The notes under the pieces were generated by a model. The model had not been told where the DNA came from. It worked only from the letters and a program-made list of their open reading frames with translations, and made no database searches. From assembly GCA_009914755.4 (NCBI GenBank), contig CP086569.2:20224001-20288000 (forward strand): DNA of 64,000 nt, in the 5' to 3' direction. The stretch comes from the human T2T-CHM13v2.0 reference genome, Homo sapiens. Shown here piece by piece: positions 1 to 15,153 of this stretch; the stretch's first letter is position 1; every line of letters begins with the position of its first letter. The translations under genes were made by a program, and so were the position numbers.

Positions 1-574
1 TTGAGCCTCAAGACATGCCCACAGCTGCACAGATGAAAGAACATCTTCCCCCTTTGAGTAAAAACTGGAGAAAACCTCCAGATCACTCAGATAAGAGGAC
101 TAGACCTGACATGGAAATGTCTTTGTCCTTTTATAGTCGACAAGCTCCTAGGAAATTGTTTCTCTTCCTTCTGTGGGCATGGGCACAGTGGGCTTTGGTG
201 GGTTCTGGTGGGCACTTTTATTTTCTTTTTTTGAACTGCTAGCATAGCCTCTATGAATCATTATTACAGCCCCAGATTAGTTGCAGATGAAGATTAGTTG
301 TAGACCACAAGCTCTCCAAGACAGCCCACAGGCTGAGCTCATTTCTTCCCCTTTCCAGTCCATAAACCCCTCAGAACTGACTTCATATTTGGTGCCTTTT
401 CTGGGCCTCCCTCTCTGCTGGCAGAGAACTATCTTTTGCTTATTAAACTTTTGCTGCAACCTCATCTTTGTGTCTATATTCCTTAATTATCTTAGAGATA
501 AGACATAGAACTCTGGATATTATCTCAGACAATCAGAGACACATCTTGGTGCACTGGTGAGACTGCATTATATT
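1..574 (+). mobile_element. ERV 5' LTR, cut by the window start; unclassified class-I ERV LTR
   Basis: Positions 1-574 align block by block with 5303-5957: shared motifs ctgcacagatRaa, cagataagaG, ttctgtgggcatggRcacagtggg, ctagcctctatgaatca, ccagtccataaa, cctccctctctKctggcagaga, tgcttattaaact, cagagacaNNttggtgcaYtggtRRgact; ends ...ctgCA at 574. Confidence 0.6.
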
Positions 575-3239
575 TTGGTACATTGATGAGGAGGAAAGAA
601 ATTCATCCAAAATGTGAATAACAGTGGACCTTTAACTTTGCAACTATTTACTTTCATTTCTGAGCTTCTTGTCTATTCGAATCCAGTTTTCTTTCATGGT
701 GGGCCAACCTGTTGTGCAGGATTGAAAGAAACTCCCAGGGCAACTACAAATTTCTGGCTGAAATTACACCTCAGTGTTATCTGAAGGTCACTGGACTAAC
801 TCCAGTCCACAATAACTTATCAGCAAAAGGAGCACTAGTCTTTTTCTATCACTTTTTTTTATTCTCATGGCTATCATGCCTCATGTGCCTTCTTTGTATG
901 CAAAGTTGTGGTTGTTTACGTAACCTAAATATATAATCTTTCTGGGTAGTTAGTCAGTGTCTTAGTAATCAGTAATGGAATTTAAAGAGTTGTTTTTATG
1001 ATTTTTTGGGAAGAGGGGGAGTTCAAGATTTCAGTCTAAATTTCTACTTAATAAGGATGCTTCTATCCCTTAATAATAGATATTCATGGCACCATATGGA
1101 AAGATATTTCACCCCAGGTGATTTGCCTCATCTCTATTTTGGTTTTAATATAGTTGTTCAGCATTGTCCAATGAATTTAAACAGCTCATTTATATGACAA
1201 ATTAATTTTCTTTTGCTGGGGGCAATGCTATGCAGACAGCCTATCAAACTCCAGATGTTTCATTCTAACTTTTGCTTTAAAAAATTCTGGATCAGAGTTT
1301 TACATAACATTTTTAACCCTACGGCTTCATCTAGTGGAATGGGGTTTATTTTCTGAATGGGTATTTTTTCAGTCCTCTTCCCCAAACCTCTAGTTTCTCA
1401 ATTATTTTTTTCTTCCATATTCACCTACCAGTGAAAAGGCCCAATATTCCATATGTAGACAAAAATCCCTCCACTTTCAAAAGCTGAGAGGAAGCCATTC
1501 TGATAAGACAAGTCTTAGCTGAAATACTGTTCCCATCAAAGGAGGGGCAGCCATTTAATTTTTATGCTCTGTGAGCCAGGGGTTCTTCATTCAACTACAT
1601 TGGGATTTAAACAAAAAAGAAATTATATGTTTCAAAGTTAATTAGTTCAATTCTGTGAAATTTTGATTTTTCACTGGAGCCATAGCAAAGGAAACCAGAG
1701 ATGATGTTAGAATACTCCCTCTGTTAATTAGTCTTGGCTAAGTTCTACTACTACATAATCTCTCCCACATCTCTGGGAGTATTTTGGAAGGTTGAGGCCG
1801 AATAGGTCTAGGAATCCAGCAGAGTGGAGAGTTGAGTCTTCTACAGAAGAGCATGACTAGTCCTGCCTACTAACATCTGTAGATCCATGGGTGAAATCAT
1901 GCTTGCATACGTGTGGTGGCACTTATGACCGTTGCTAGGATCCAGTGGAAAGGAGAAAGGGAATGCCCTTTCTCTGGTTCCATCTACCCTGAGTCACACT
2001 AAAAGGAGGAATGATACTAAGGGACACCTTTTCTTTCCCTCTTTTCTTAATGGTAACAAACAATCTGTAATCCTTTCTCCTCTCCTGGCATGCATTCCAA
2101 ATAACTATAACACCTTTAACCCTGAGGCTCTGAAAAGAAAATGACTTTTCTATTGCACAAGGGCCTTGTTACCATCTTGGGGATGAAAAAAAATCTGGCT
2201 TTCTGAGGAAAGCCTTGATTCCTATACTCTTCAACAACCAGATCTTTTCTATTGGTGGGAGGACAAATAAACTGAGATTCCCTAGATACAATCTTTCTTT
2301 GCCCTGTGAAACAACCCAAATCTTGGTAAATGTTGTAAAGTTGACCCTACCCTCTTTGCAGCCAGGTCAGTGAAGCCTACAAAGTATGGTTCCCCAAAAT
2401 CATAGAAAAAAATTCTGTATTTTACAAAACAGACTGGAAGGAGGACCAGGAGAAGGAGAGAAAATATAAGAAGGTAATGGAGGCTCTAGTGGCTGCATTA
2501 TAGGCTTATAAAATCATGAACCCTGAAGTGCATTTATCAATTGTACCAATGTGGCAAAGCAAAACACTCTAAAAGGGATTGACCACAGAGCATGGCGAAG
2601 CCATCTCAACCCTGTCCAGCATTTAATGGAGGCTGCTGGAAGTCAAACTCTCTCCAAACATGTAGGTAACCAGGTCAAGAGCCAGTTTTTCAGATGGTCC
2701 AGCAGGACTGACAGGGCCCTGCGCTCAATTCATCAGCTTCAGTGGCTCAAATTGCCATCACTATCCAGGAGCTTTGGGTATGAGGAAGGAAGATAGGCTT
2801 CCTTCTAGAAACCAGAGCTAGCCTCTCTGTTCTCTTCCCCATTCTAGGCCTTCTCTCCTCCTATAACATGACTATGGTAGGCATCTTGAAAAAGTCTTTA
2901 ACCCAATACATTTTTTACAGCCTTTGTGTTGTACATGGCAGGACTTTCCATCTACTCATGCTTCTTAAATTATGCCTGAAAGTCCCACCTCTTTGCTAGG
3001 AATGGATATTCTAGTCTCTATGGGACCCTCCATTCTTATGGCTCAAGGACAGAGTCTCTATCTTCCCTTAGTGAAAATCAACATTAACCCAGAGGTGTGA
3101 GCAGGTTAGGAAAAGTTGACCAGGCTACAACTGCTATATCATTCCAGATTCACCCTAAGGATTCCACCTTGTTTGCTAACCAGAAGCAGTATCCCCTAAA
3201 GCCAGAAGCTAGGGAAGAACTAGAAACTATCATTAATAA

Positions 3240-3711
<472 letters not shown>

Positions 3712-3732
3712 ATATTGGTTTCCAATCCTTAT

Positions 3733-4258
3733 GTGTCCATAGTTTGTTCCTTCCATCGTATTCTTTGTCTCACTGAATTCAAGAATGAAGCCGTGGACCT
3801 TCTCCTTGATTATTACAGCTTTTAAAGTTGGCATGGACCAAAAGAGTGAGAAGCAGCAAGATTTATTGTAGAAAATGAAAGAACAAAGATTCCACAATGT
3901 GGACAGGGACCCAAGTGGGTTGCTGCTGCTGGCTAGTGGGTGGCCAGCTTTTATTCCCTTATTTGTCTTTAGCCACGTCCTACTGATTGGTCCATTTTGC
4001 AGAGTGCTGATTGGTACATTTTACAGAGCACTGATTGGTCCATTTTACAGAGTGCTGATTGGTCCATTTTACAAAATTCTAGCTTGCCACAGAGTGCTGA
4101 TTTGTGCGTTTTTAAGAGCATTGATTGGCATAGTTTACAAACCTCTAGCTAGCCACAGAGTGCTCATTGGTGTGTTTTACAATCCACTTGTAAGACAGAA
4201 GAGTTCTCCCAGTCCCCACTCGACCAAGGAAATCCAGCTAGCTTCACCTCTCACTAAT
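3733..4258 (+). mobile_element. LTR12 (HERV9-type) solo LTR, a short variant with a single U3 5' unit
   Basis: Reads agcaagatttattgtagaaaatgaaagaacaaagattccacaatgtggacagggacccaagtgggttgctgctgctggctagtgggtggccagcttttattcccttatttgtc, then 6-7 tandem GTGCTGATTGGTCCATTTTACAGA units (CCAAT boxes on the opposite strand), then agttctcccagtccccactcgaccaaggaaatccagctagcttcacctctcac. Confidence 0.85.
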
Positions 4259-5262
4259 ACTTTGCTAACTCAAATATCTGAGACAATTAAGTGGTTCACA
4301 ATTTTAGACTTAAAAATTGACTTTTTTCCTGCATACCACTGCACCCTGACTTTTAATATTCATTTGCCTTGAAAGATTCCTCCAACCAGTCTGACCAGTT
4401 TACATGGGCAGTACTGACTCATGGGTTCTAAGAAAACTCCTCCTTGTTTAGGCAAACATCCAACTAACTCTCTCAGTAATCTAATACTCAGGCTAAAGTT
4501 TTACCGTATGTAGATATCGTTCTCCTCTGTGCCTCATCTCAGGGGGTTTCCAAAAAGGCACTGGGGCTCTTTTTAATTTTCCAGCAGGCAGAGAATAAAA
4601 CGTTTCTAACTGTAAATCACAGCTGTGTCAAGCTTCTGCATGGTACCTAGGCCTAGCTTTGTCAGAAGGGACCGAAACATTAGTGTGGAGTCAATTAAGT
4701 CTATTTTTCTATTTTTTTCCAAAATCCTTGAACCAGTAACAGAATTTTGGGGAATTACAGGTTTTTCTTAGATTGTGAATAGCTGAGTACATTGAAACAG
4801 CTCACCCTTTATATCACCATTCAAAAGAAACTTAAGCCACTAAAACTCACTCACTGACATGGGAAACTGAGGCTTAAAATGTCTTTAATCAGCTAAGGCA
4901 AGCTTTACTTAAAGTACCTGCCCTCAGTCTTCTGATAAAGAAGTCGTTTAATCTTTATGTCTCAGAAAAAAATTGATAGCCTTGGGAGTTTTAACTGTTT
5001 CCTAAAGTAAGCCCAGCAGCCAGCTGGTTACCTATGCAAGGAGCTCAACTTGGCCGCTAAAGAATTGGCAGCTAGCTGGCAAGCAGTTGCAGTTGTGGAT
5101 TTGCTGATTCCAGAAGTCACTAATGCCCAATCTTCATTTCTGAAGGGGGAATAAAATTAGTTATATAGCTTGTCTTCAGTAGATAGAAAGCAAAGGATCC
5201 CCAGAGACCCTCCAGCCCATAGGTAGGTGCCTCATCTCCACATAAAATAAAAAAAAAAAGAT

Positions 5263-5957
5263 TGGGAAATATCAAGCTACAGGGACCAATAGAAGAACAA
5301 GCACAGGCTGTTGTGCCTGGAGACATGCACATGGCTGCACAGATAAACAAATCTGTGGCCCATTTAGATAAAAACTTTCACACAACTCCAGCTCACTTAG
5401 ATAAGAGAATAAGGCCTGGCATAAAAATGCTTTTTATTTTGTATAGTCAGAAAACGCCCTAGAAAATGCTTCTTCTCCCTTTGTGGGCATGGACACAGTG
5501 GGTTCTAGTGGGCACTTTTCTTCTATTTATATGGACTGTGAGTCTAGCCTCTATGAATCATCACTTCAGGCCCTGATTGGTCCTAAGCTGAAGTGCCAGG
5601 TCAAGCTATCTGTGACTTGAATGAATGAATCGTGACTTGAGCCCTGATTGGTCCCGGGCCAATGTGAGTGATGGGTTTCTCAAGGCAGCTGGCAGACTAA
5701 TCACATTTCTTGCTATTTCCAGTCCATAAAAATCCCAGAAGTTAAAACAAAGTTGACAATCTTTCTAAGCCTCCCTCTCTTCTGGCAGAGAGTTTTCTCC
5801 CTTTGCTTATTAAACTATTGCTCAAACCTCAGCATTTTGTACGTGCTCCTTAATTTTCTTGCAGGTCGAAAAAAATAACTCTTTTCTTTTCTCAGAAATG
5901 GTTAATTTTCTCTGAAACTTAGAGACAGTAACATTTTTGTGCATTGGTAGGACTACA
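5263..5957 (+). mobile_element. ERV 3' LTR, about 695 bp, direct repeat of feature 1-574
   Basis: Starts TGGGAAAT after the polypurine tract. Alignable to 1-574 throughout. Ends ...ggactaCA at 5957, after which the similarity stops. Confidence 0.6.
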
Positions 5958-6279
5958 ACGTCTTCTCCTTAGGCAGAGCCTCTTTGTAGAAATTTTGGTA
6001 ACTCCAGGAAGCAGTTTATAGACCTAACTCTAATGTTTTCAAAAAATAACACTTGAGGGGAGGGGTGGCCACAGTCTCTGGTATAGTGGACTTAATATTT
6101 TTTACCTGCTAACTCTGAAGTGTCTGGGCCATCAGACAAGATGGATTACCCGCAATGCAGCACATTTGATTTCACTAAGAGCAGCCAGAATTCTTCCTTA
6201 AGCAAGTCTCTAATTCCATGCCTCCTGACTGGTTAAGTCATTTGAAAAGGGGTCTCCAGACACATTATACAAGAGAGTT

Positions 6280-6645
6280 TCAGCTGGAATCAGTTCAGTG
6301 TCCTTCTGAAACAAACTTCCAGAGGAACAAGCAACTTCATCAAAGTCTCAGAATACAAAATAGATATGTGGACAAGAAAAGCATTTCTGTACACCAAAAA
6401 CACACAAGCAAAGAGCCAAATTATGAATAAATTCTCATTTACAATTGCCGTAAAGAAAATAAAATACTTAAAAATACATCTAAAAAGGGAAGTGACAAAA
6501 TTCTTCAGTGAGAACTACAAACTATGAATAGAAAAAAAGTAAATATCATGAAAATGGCCATACTGCCAAAAGCAAGATGTAGATTTAATGCTATTTCTGT
6601 TAAACTACCATTGACATTCTTCAAAGAATTAGAAAGAAATATGGA
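6280..6645 (+). mobile_element. L1 ORF2 fragment from an older subfamily, orphan piece
   Basis: Translates ..[103 protein letters not shown], which is L1 ORF2p roughly aa 690-830, with an internal deletion. Confidence 0.8.
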
Positions 6646-8790
6646 TTAAAAAGCTTTGGGGCTAAGTCATTCGGGTTTTCAAGATATAGGATTATATCAT
6701 CTGCAGAAAAGAACAGTTTGACTCTCTCTCTTATTAAATACTTATTTTTTTCTCTTGTCTGATTACCCTTTCAAAACTTCGACCTTATGTTGAATGAGGG
6801 TGGTGAGAGAGGGTTTTTTGTCTTGTGACAGTTTTCAAGGGTTATGATTCTAGATTTTGCCATTTCTGTATAATATTGGCTGTCAGTTTACCATAAATGG
6901 CTTTATCAGTTTGATGTATGTGTCTTTAATTCTTAGTTTATTGAGAGTTTTTAACATGAATGGAAGTTGAATTTTATTTAAGGCCATTTTTATGTTTATT
7001 GAGATAATTATGTGATTTTTCTCTTTTTGAGATGAATTACATATCTTGATTTGCATTTATTGAACCAGGCTTGCATCCTTGGGATGTAGTCAACTAGATT
7101 ATGGTGGACAAGCTTTTTGATGTGCTGGTGGATTCTGTTTGCCAGTATTTTATTGAAAATTTTTGCATCAATATCCATCAGGGATATTGGCCTAAAGTTT
7201 ACTTTTGTTATTGTATTTCTGCCAGGTTTTGTAACAGGATGACGCTGACCTCATAAAATGATTTATGAAGGAGTCCCTACTTTTCAACTGTTGGAGATAG
7301 TTCTGGAAGAAATGATACAGACTCCTCTTTTTATCTGTGCTATATCGTAAATATAAATTGTAAATCCATCTTGTCTTTGGCTTTTTTTAAATTGGTAGAA
7401 TATTCATTACTCTCTCAATTTCAGAAATTATTGTTGGCCTATTCAGTGATTCAACTTCTTCCTGGTTCTATCTTGGGAGACTGTATATGTCCAGGCATTT
7501 ATTCATTTATATTAAGTTTTCTAGTTTATTTGCCTAGAGGAGTTTATGATATTCTCCGGTTGATTTTTTGTATTTTTGTGGGGTCAGTGTTGGTTTCTCC
7601 ATTATCATTTCTGATTGTGCTTATTTGAATCTCCTACTTTCTTATTTGTTAGTTTATTTAGTAATATATCTACTTTATTGATTTTTTTTAAAAAAAAGCT
7701 TTTGGATTTGTTGATTGAAGAGGTTTTCATTTCTCTATCTCTTGCAGTTCCACTCTGTTCTTGGTTATCTCTTGCCTTCCACTAGCTCTAGAGTTAGTTT
7801 CCTCTTGGTTCTCCAGTTCTTACAGTTGTGATGTTAGGAAGTTGATTTGAGATACTTCTACCTTTTTGATTTGGGCCTGTAGTGCTATAAATTTAGTCCT
7901 ACAAATAAATAAATTTTGTCCTAGAAATTTGTCTTTTAACAGTGTTTTAGCTGAATTTCAGACACCCTGCTACGTTGCCTCTTTGTTCTCATAAGTTTCA
8001 AAGATCTTCTTGATTTCTGCCTTAATTTAATTATTTACCCAGGAGTCATTCAGGAGCAGATTGTTCAATTTTAATGTAGTTGTGTGGTTTTGAGTAAAAT
8101 TCTTAACATTGAGTTTTAATTGTATTGCACCGTGACCTGAGAGACTGTTTTTATGATGTCAGTTCTTTTGCATTTGCTGAGGAGTGTTTTACTCCAATTA
8201 TGTAATCAATTTCAAGGTAAGTGTCAGTGGCACCTAAAAACATGTATATTGTTGTTTTGGGTGGAGAGTTCTGTTGCTGTTTCTCAGGGCAACTTGATAC
8301 AGAGTCTTAAATGTCTTAGTTAATTTGCTGTCTCAATAGTCTATTCAATATTGAACATGTGGCATTGATGTCTCCCTCTGATATTTTGTGGGCATTTAAG
8401 TCTTTTTGTAGTCTTTTTTTTTTAAATCTCTGTTGGTTTACATTCTATTTTGTCAGAAACTAGGATGGTGATCTCTGCTTTCTTCTGCTTTCTATTTGTT
8501 TGGTAAATTTTTCTTCATCACTTTATTTTGTGCATATACATGTCTTTGCATAATATGTATATCTTTAATACAGTACACTACTGGATCTTGTCTTTTTACC
8601 CAGCTTACCATGTGGTGTCTTTTAATTGGGTCATTTAATCCATTTACATTTAAGATTAATATGGTTAATATTGCTCTGCATTAGTTTGATTATGTCATTG
8701 TAATGCTGGCTGATTAATTTGCAGATTGGTTAATGTAGTTGTTTCATAGTGTCATTTGTCTGTGTACTTCAGTGTGTTTTATTCAAACAG
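6645..8790 (-). mobile_element. L1 (L1PB/L1MA-like), inverted 5' segment of a twin-primed insertion: ORF2 about aa 680 back to just upstream of the ORF2 ATG
   Basis: Reverse complement of 6652-6710 encodes FSADDIILYLENPNDLAPKL (= [27 protein letters not shown]). Reverse complement of 6700-6900 encodes [53 protein letters not shown]. Reverse complement of 8560-8700 matches the ORF2 start (...attaaccatattaatcttaaatgtaaatggattaaatgacccaattaaaagacac...). Confidence 0.85.
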
Positions 8791-10036
8791 GAAGAGAGGA
8801 AGTAAAATTTTCTCTGTTTGCTGATGACATGATTTGATATTTAGAAAACCCCATTATCTCAGCCTAAGAACACCTTAGACTGATAAGCAATTTTGGCAAA
8901 ATCTCAGGGAACAAAATTAATGTGCAATAATTACAAACTCTTTTTACATCAATAGTAGACAATCAGAGAGTCAAATTATGAATAAACTCCCATTCACAAT
9001 CACTACAAAGAGAATAAAATTGCTAGGAATACATTTAACAAAGGATGTGAAGAGGGATTTTTTTTCAAAGAGGACTCCAAACCGGTGCTCAAGACAATGA
9101 GAGGACACAAACAAATAAAAAATAATTCCTTCCTCATTAATAGAAATAATCAATATCATGAAAATGGTCTTAATGCCCAAAGTGATTTATAGATTCAATG
9201 CTATTCCCATAAAACTACTATTGACATTCCTCACAGAATTAGAAAAATAAATAAATTGATACAGTATCAAAGAAGACCCTGTTTATCCAAGACAATTCTA
9301 AGCAAGAAAAAAATAAAAAAAGCTGGAGGCACCATGCTACCTGACTTCAAATTATTCTACAAGGCTGCAGTAACCAAAACAGCATAGTATTGGTACAACA
9401 ACACATATATAAACCAATGGAACACAACAGAGACCTCAGAAATCACACCTGAAATCTATAATCATCTGATTTTCAACAAACCTGAAAAAAACAAGCAAAG
9501 GGGAAAAATCTCCTATTCAGTAAATGATGCTGGGAAAACTGGCTAGCTATACATGGAAAACTGAAACTTGACCCATTTCTTAGACCAAAACCCTAGAATA
9601 AAATGTATGCAATACCATTGAGGACATTGGCAAGGGCAAATATTTTATGGCAAAATCACCAAAAGCAACTGCAATGAAAGCAAAAATTGGCAAGTAGAAT
9701 CTAATTAAACTAAAGAGCTTCTGCACGCAAAAGAAACTACCATCAGAGCAAACAGACAACCTACAGAATGGGAGAAAATTTTTGCTATTTGTCTGACAAT
9801 GGTCTAATTTCCAGAATCTACAAGAAACATAAAGAAATTTACAATAAAAAAACAACCCCATTAAAAAGTGGACAAAAGACATGAACAGAAACTTATTAAA
9901 AGAAAACATATGTGCAGCCAAATAACATATCAAAAAAAGGCTCAACATCACTGATTATTAGAAAAATGCAAATTAAAACCACAATGAGGTACCATCTCAA
10001 AATAGTCACATGATTATTAAAGTCAGGAAACAGCAG

Positions 10037-10037
<1 letters not shown>
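8790..10037 (+). mobile_element. L1 (same element), non-inverted 3' segment, part 1 (ORF2 about aa 650 onward). Interrupted by the GAPDH pseudogene
   Basis: Starts gaagagaggaagtaaaattttctctgtttgctgatgacatgatttgatatttagaaaacccc ([18 protein letters not shown]). Continues through ...[24 protein letters not shown]..., [70 protein letters not shown] to agtcaggaaacagcagg. Confidence 0.9.
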
Positions 10038-11314
<1,277 letters not shown>

Positions 11315-11320
11315 ACATAA

Positions 11321-12007
11321 ACAGTTGCTGGTGAAACTGGAGATATATGAACACTTCTACATTGTTGATGGGAATATAAACCAGTATATCCATTGTTTGT
11401 TTAGGACAATGTGATCATTCCTCAAGGATCTAAAACCAGAAATACCATTTGCCCAGCATGATTACTGGTTATACACCAAAAGATATAGATTATTCTATTA
11501 TGATGATATATACACATATATGTTCATTGCAGAACTATTCACAATATCAAAGACATGGCATCAATGCAAATGCCCATCAGTTATAGACTCGATAAAGAAA
11601 ATGTAGTACATATCCACATGGTATACTATGCAACCATAAGAAGGAATGAGGTAATGTCCTTTAGAGGGACATAGATGAACCTGGAAGTCATTATTTTCAG
11701 CAAACTAATACAAGAACAGAAGACCAAAGACAGCATGTTCTCATCTATAAGTGGGAGCTGAACAATGATGACATATAAACACGGGGAGGGAAACAACACA
11801 CACTGGGGCCTGTTGGGAGAGGACAATGTGGGGAGGGCATCAGAAAAAATATCTAATGGATGCTGAACTTAATACCTAGGTGATAGTTTGGTAACTGCAG
11901 AGAACCACCATTGTACATATGTAACAAATCTGCATATCCTGCACATGTACACTGGAAAATAGAAATAAAATAAAATAAATAAGAATAAGACTTAAACAAT
12001 AAAAAAG
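11321..12007 (+). mobile_element. L1 (same element), 3' segment part 2: ORF2 C-terminus, 3'UTR and A-rich tail
   Basis: Resumes acagttgctggtgaaactggagatatatgaacacttctacattgttgatgggaatataaaccagtatatcc (= CAGGTGCTGGAGAGGATGTGGAGAAATAGGAACACTTTTACACTGTTGGTGGGA...). Ends ...ctgcacatgtacactggaaaatagaaataaaataaaataaataagaataagacttaaacaataaaaaag. Confidence 0.9.
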
Positions 12008-13404
12008 AGTGATCATTTGAAGAAATAGAAAGAATATACACATATCAATTATGAGAGTCACATAACAAAAATCTCAACCAGTCAACTTCATCATCCTGCC
12101 ATTTTAGCCTCTAGAAGTGAGTTTCTGATGTTTAAGTCATCCAGTAGGAATTCCTTTACTATGAAAATATGAATACACTTATACCATTATTTATAAGTGG
12201 TCTTGCTTTTTAAATGTACTATTGCATCTCTCTTTCTTAATAATAGCCACAGAAAAACACAGCTGATAAATAATGTTTAGGTGTATTTTTACAAGTCACA
12301 CAAACTTCTGATAATTTCTAAGATAATTATTGTCTACCTACCACTGATAGTCTTACAGCACTGATTTGTTTTACAGGGAACATAAATCTATACTCCCAAA
12401 ACACTATGACTTATTCAAACAGTAAAGAATGGAAAGTGTGAATGATCAACACAGTCTGTTGGAATAAAAAGACAAATGCTGTGATATAAAATAACACTGT
12501 TGGTGCCTACAGCAGAAAATGGTCCCAGGTGGTAATGCAACAGGTGGAGATACAGAACATGAGGATAGTAAACTAGAACAAGATAGGATTCAGATATTTT
12601 GGATGGTGGCAATTCTAAACTGGCTTCATGTCATGGAGACATATTTTACTATGGAGTAAAGTATTGTCCTACTTTGTACAGGTGGAAAACGCTTCCATTG
12701 TACTTAATATTGAGTAAATAGTTCAAGGAGGTAGGCAAAACTAACTTCAGTGTGGCTGCTGAGAAATTCAGAAAATACCATTATTCACAGGAATATATCT
12801 GTTTTTCATATTGTTAACATCAGCAGTAGCATTATATCTGAGGCCATAGTTATATGGACTTCATTGTTCATATTACTATTAGCATTTTAGTCACATCATT
12901 CAACCGGTTTCTAGAAAGTTCTAACCTTTCTCAAAAACTATTTCAATGTTCTTCTGAGCCCTCCATACTTTCTCAACTTCTGCCCATTATCCAGTTCCAA
13001 ACTGGCTTTCACATTTTCACCTGTCTTCAGAGCAATACACCCACTTCATTGGTAAAAATTTTCTGTATTAGCCTGTCCTCTCACTGTTGTAAAAAATGAC
13101 CTGAGCCAAAAAAAGAATATAAATAATTATCTTATTAGTATAATAATGCCTTCCACAGTTATTTCACCTTTAATTTTTAGAATCTGTAAATATGTTACCT
13201 TGCAGGGTAAAATATGCCTTGCAGATGTGATTATAGTTATGGCTTTCAGATGCAAAGGTGATTCAGATTTATCAAAGTGAAATCGATATAATCACAGAAA
13301 TAATTATGTTTTTTTTCTGCTGTCAAAAAATAACAATAACCAAAGCTTAGTGAGATATAACATGAGAGGACATTTATACTTCATTTGTTGTTTAAACATA
13401 AAAA

Positions 13405-13950
13405 TAGGCCCCAGTGTGTATTATTTTTCACCTTGTGTCCACATGATCTTATAGTTCAGTGTCCACTTAAGAGTGAGAAGTTGCAGTGTTTGGGTTTCTA
13501 TTTCTATGTTAGTTTGCCAAGAAGGATGGATTCCAGCTTCATTCATGTACCTGCAAAAAATATGATCTCATTCCTTTTTATAGCTGTGTAGTATTCAATG
13601 GTGTATATGTACCACATCTTCCTTATCCAGTCTATCATTGATGAGCATTTGGTTTGGTTTTATGTCTTTGCTATTGGGGATATTGCCGGAATAAACATAC
13701 GTAGACATGTATCTTTGTAATAGAATGATTTATATTACATTAAGCATATACCAAGTAATGAGCTTTCTTGTTCTAGATCCTTGAGGAATCCTCACATTGT
13801 CTTTCACAATCGTTGAACTAATTTACGTTCCCACCAACAGTGTAAAACCTTCCTGTTTTTCTACAGCATTGTCAACATCGTTTTTTCTTACCTTTTTACA
13901 ACTGCCATTTAGACTGGTATAAAATGGCATCTTACTGGTGACAGAATGGA
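13405..13950 (-). mobile_element. L1 3'-region segment, inverted; 5' part of a small twin-primed insertion
   Basis: Reads ggccccagtgtgtattatttttcaccttgtgtccacatgatcttatagttcagtgtccacttaagagtgagaagttgcagtgtttgggttt...gtattcaatggtgtatatgtaccacatcttccttatccagtctatcattgatgagcatttggtttgg...gttcccaccaacagtgtaaaa, which is the reverse complement of L1 about positions 5330-5900. Confidence 0.85.
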
Positions 13951-14128
13951 GAGCATCAGGAAAAATAGCTAATGTGTGCCAGGCTTATTACCTAGCTGAT
14001 GGGTTGATGGGTGCAGTAAACCACCATGGCACATGTTTACCTATGTAACAAACCTGCACATTCTGCACGTGTGTCTGAAACTTAAAGTAAAATTTAAAAA
14101 AATATATTTATTTTTTTAAAAAAGAAAA
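13951..14128 (+). mobile_element. L1 3' terminal about 150 bp plus A-rich tail; non-inverted part of the same small insertion
   Basis: Reads gagagcatcaggaaaaatagctaatgtgtgccaggcttattacctagctgatgggttgatgggtgcagtaaaccaccatggcacatgtttacctatgtaacaaacctgcacattctgcacgtgtgtctgaaacttaaagtaaaatttaaaaaaa. Confidence 0.85.
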
Positions 14129-15057
14129 ATGGAAATAAATGAATAAGGGATAAACAGGAGAAAATGTATATAGCAACATAATAATTAAGGGTGTGTTAAA
14201 TAGGGAGACATTGAAATATAATACATTAAATAAGAAAAAATAATTTGCATTGTTGACATAAAAGCAATCAATTATATAAAATTAACAGACTTTTTGAAGA
14301 AAGTATTTTCCTGTCTTCTGTCAAGGGCACATGAATCTTTTTTAAAAGTGACCATATTCTATATCACAAAATAAGTAGAACTCGAAGACATGCATGTATA
14401 GTTAAATAATTGCCTGTAAACCAATGTTTTTAAGAACAGACTATATAGTGTTTTAAATTGCTAATTTGTCTTTCTTTTGCAGTTTAGGCATCTTTACTTA
14501 ATTTTAATTGTATAATTGTTTAATCATGCAATACATAGGAATAAAATAAAACTTCCACAAAAAAGGGCCATAAGCCAAGAAATATAGCATGTCTGCAAGC
14601 TGTAAAGAGCAAGAAAACTCATTAACAAAAGAAAAAGCATAAACTGACAATACGATGAAATTTAGCTTAGACTTTTGATCTACAAAACTGTAAGATACAA
14701 TTTTATGTTGTTTAAGCCACTAAGTTTGTGGCAATTTGTTAGGGCAACAATTAAAAAAAAAATTATACCCGTTACTTTTTGAGTAAAAGGAGTTTCTGCA
14801 GTCAAATCTGTCTGCTGCTTCACTTTTTCAAAATGATTTTGGAACATGATTATTTTCTATGTAGAATCCTTATGTGACAGTATTTTTATTACTAGATAAG
14901 TAAATGAAAACTTTTTGCCCAATTATATTAAGTATATACACTTAAAGTTTGGCTAGGTCGATTTTGAGATAATAAAAAGTTGTTGTTCTAAATAACAGCC
15001 AACAAAGTCTTACAATTATACTGACAGAAGTTTGTTTTCAGCTGTGTTTTAATATAA

Positions 15058-15085
15058 TATTGATTTTGATTTTGATTTTGATTTT
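15058..15085. repeat. (TTTTGA)4 simple repeat
   Basis: tgattttgattttgattttgatttt. Confidence 0.9.
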
Positions 15086-15153
15086 CTTATTGCTTTATCC
15101 TATTTCTCAAAGCATCTCCCATTTGCTTTGTGGGCTTTTTTTTGTCTTAAACT

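Noticed and set aside
575-610. A primer-binding site immediately 3' of the ERV 5' LTR (TTATATTTTGGTACATTGATGAGG) that would identify the tRNA primer and hence the ERV family
   Set aside because: There is no convincing 18-nt match to the 3' end of any tRNA I can recall (Pro, Lys, His, Phe, Trp, Arg). It is probably mutated beyond recognition.
6280-6645. Treating the plus-strand L1 ORF2 fragment at 6280-6645 as a third arm of the twin-primed element, or as the pre-existing target L1 into which it inserted
   Set aside because: Its sequence, including an internal deletion, differs from the corresponding region of the sense arm (8900-9250). The remainder of such a target L1 does not continue beyond 12007. 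Most likely it is an unrelated older fragment, but I cannot resolve this without alignment.
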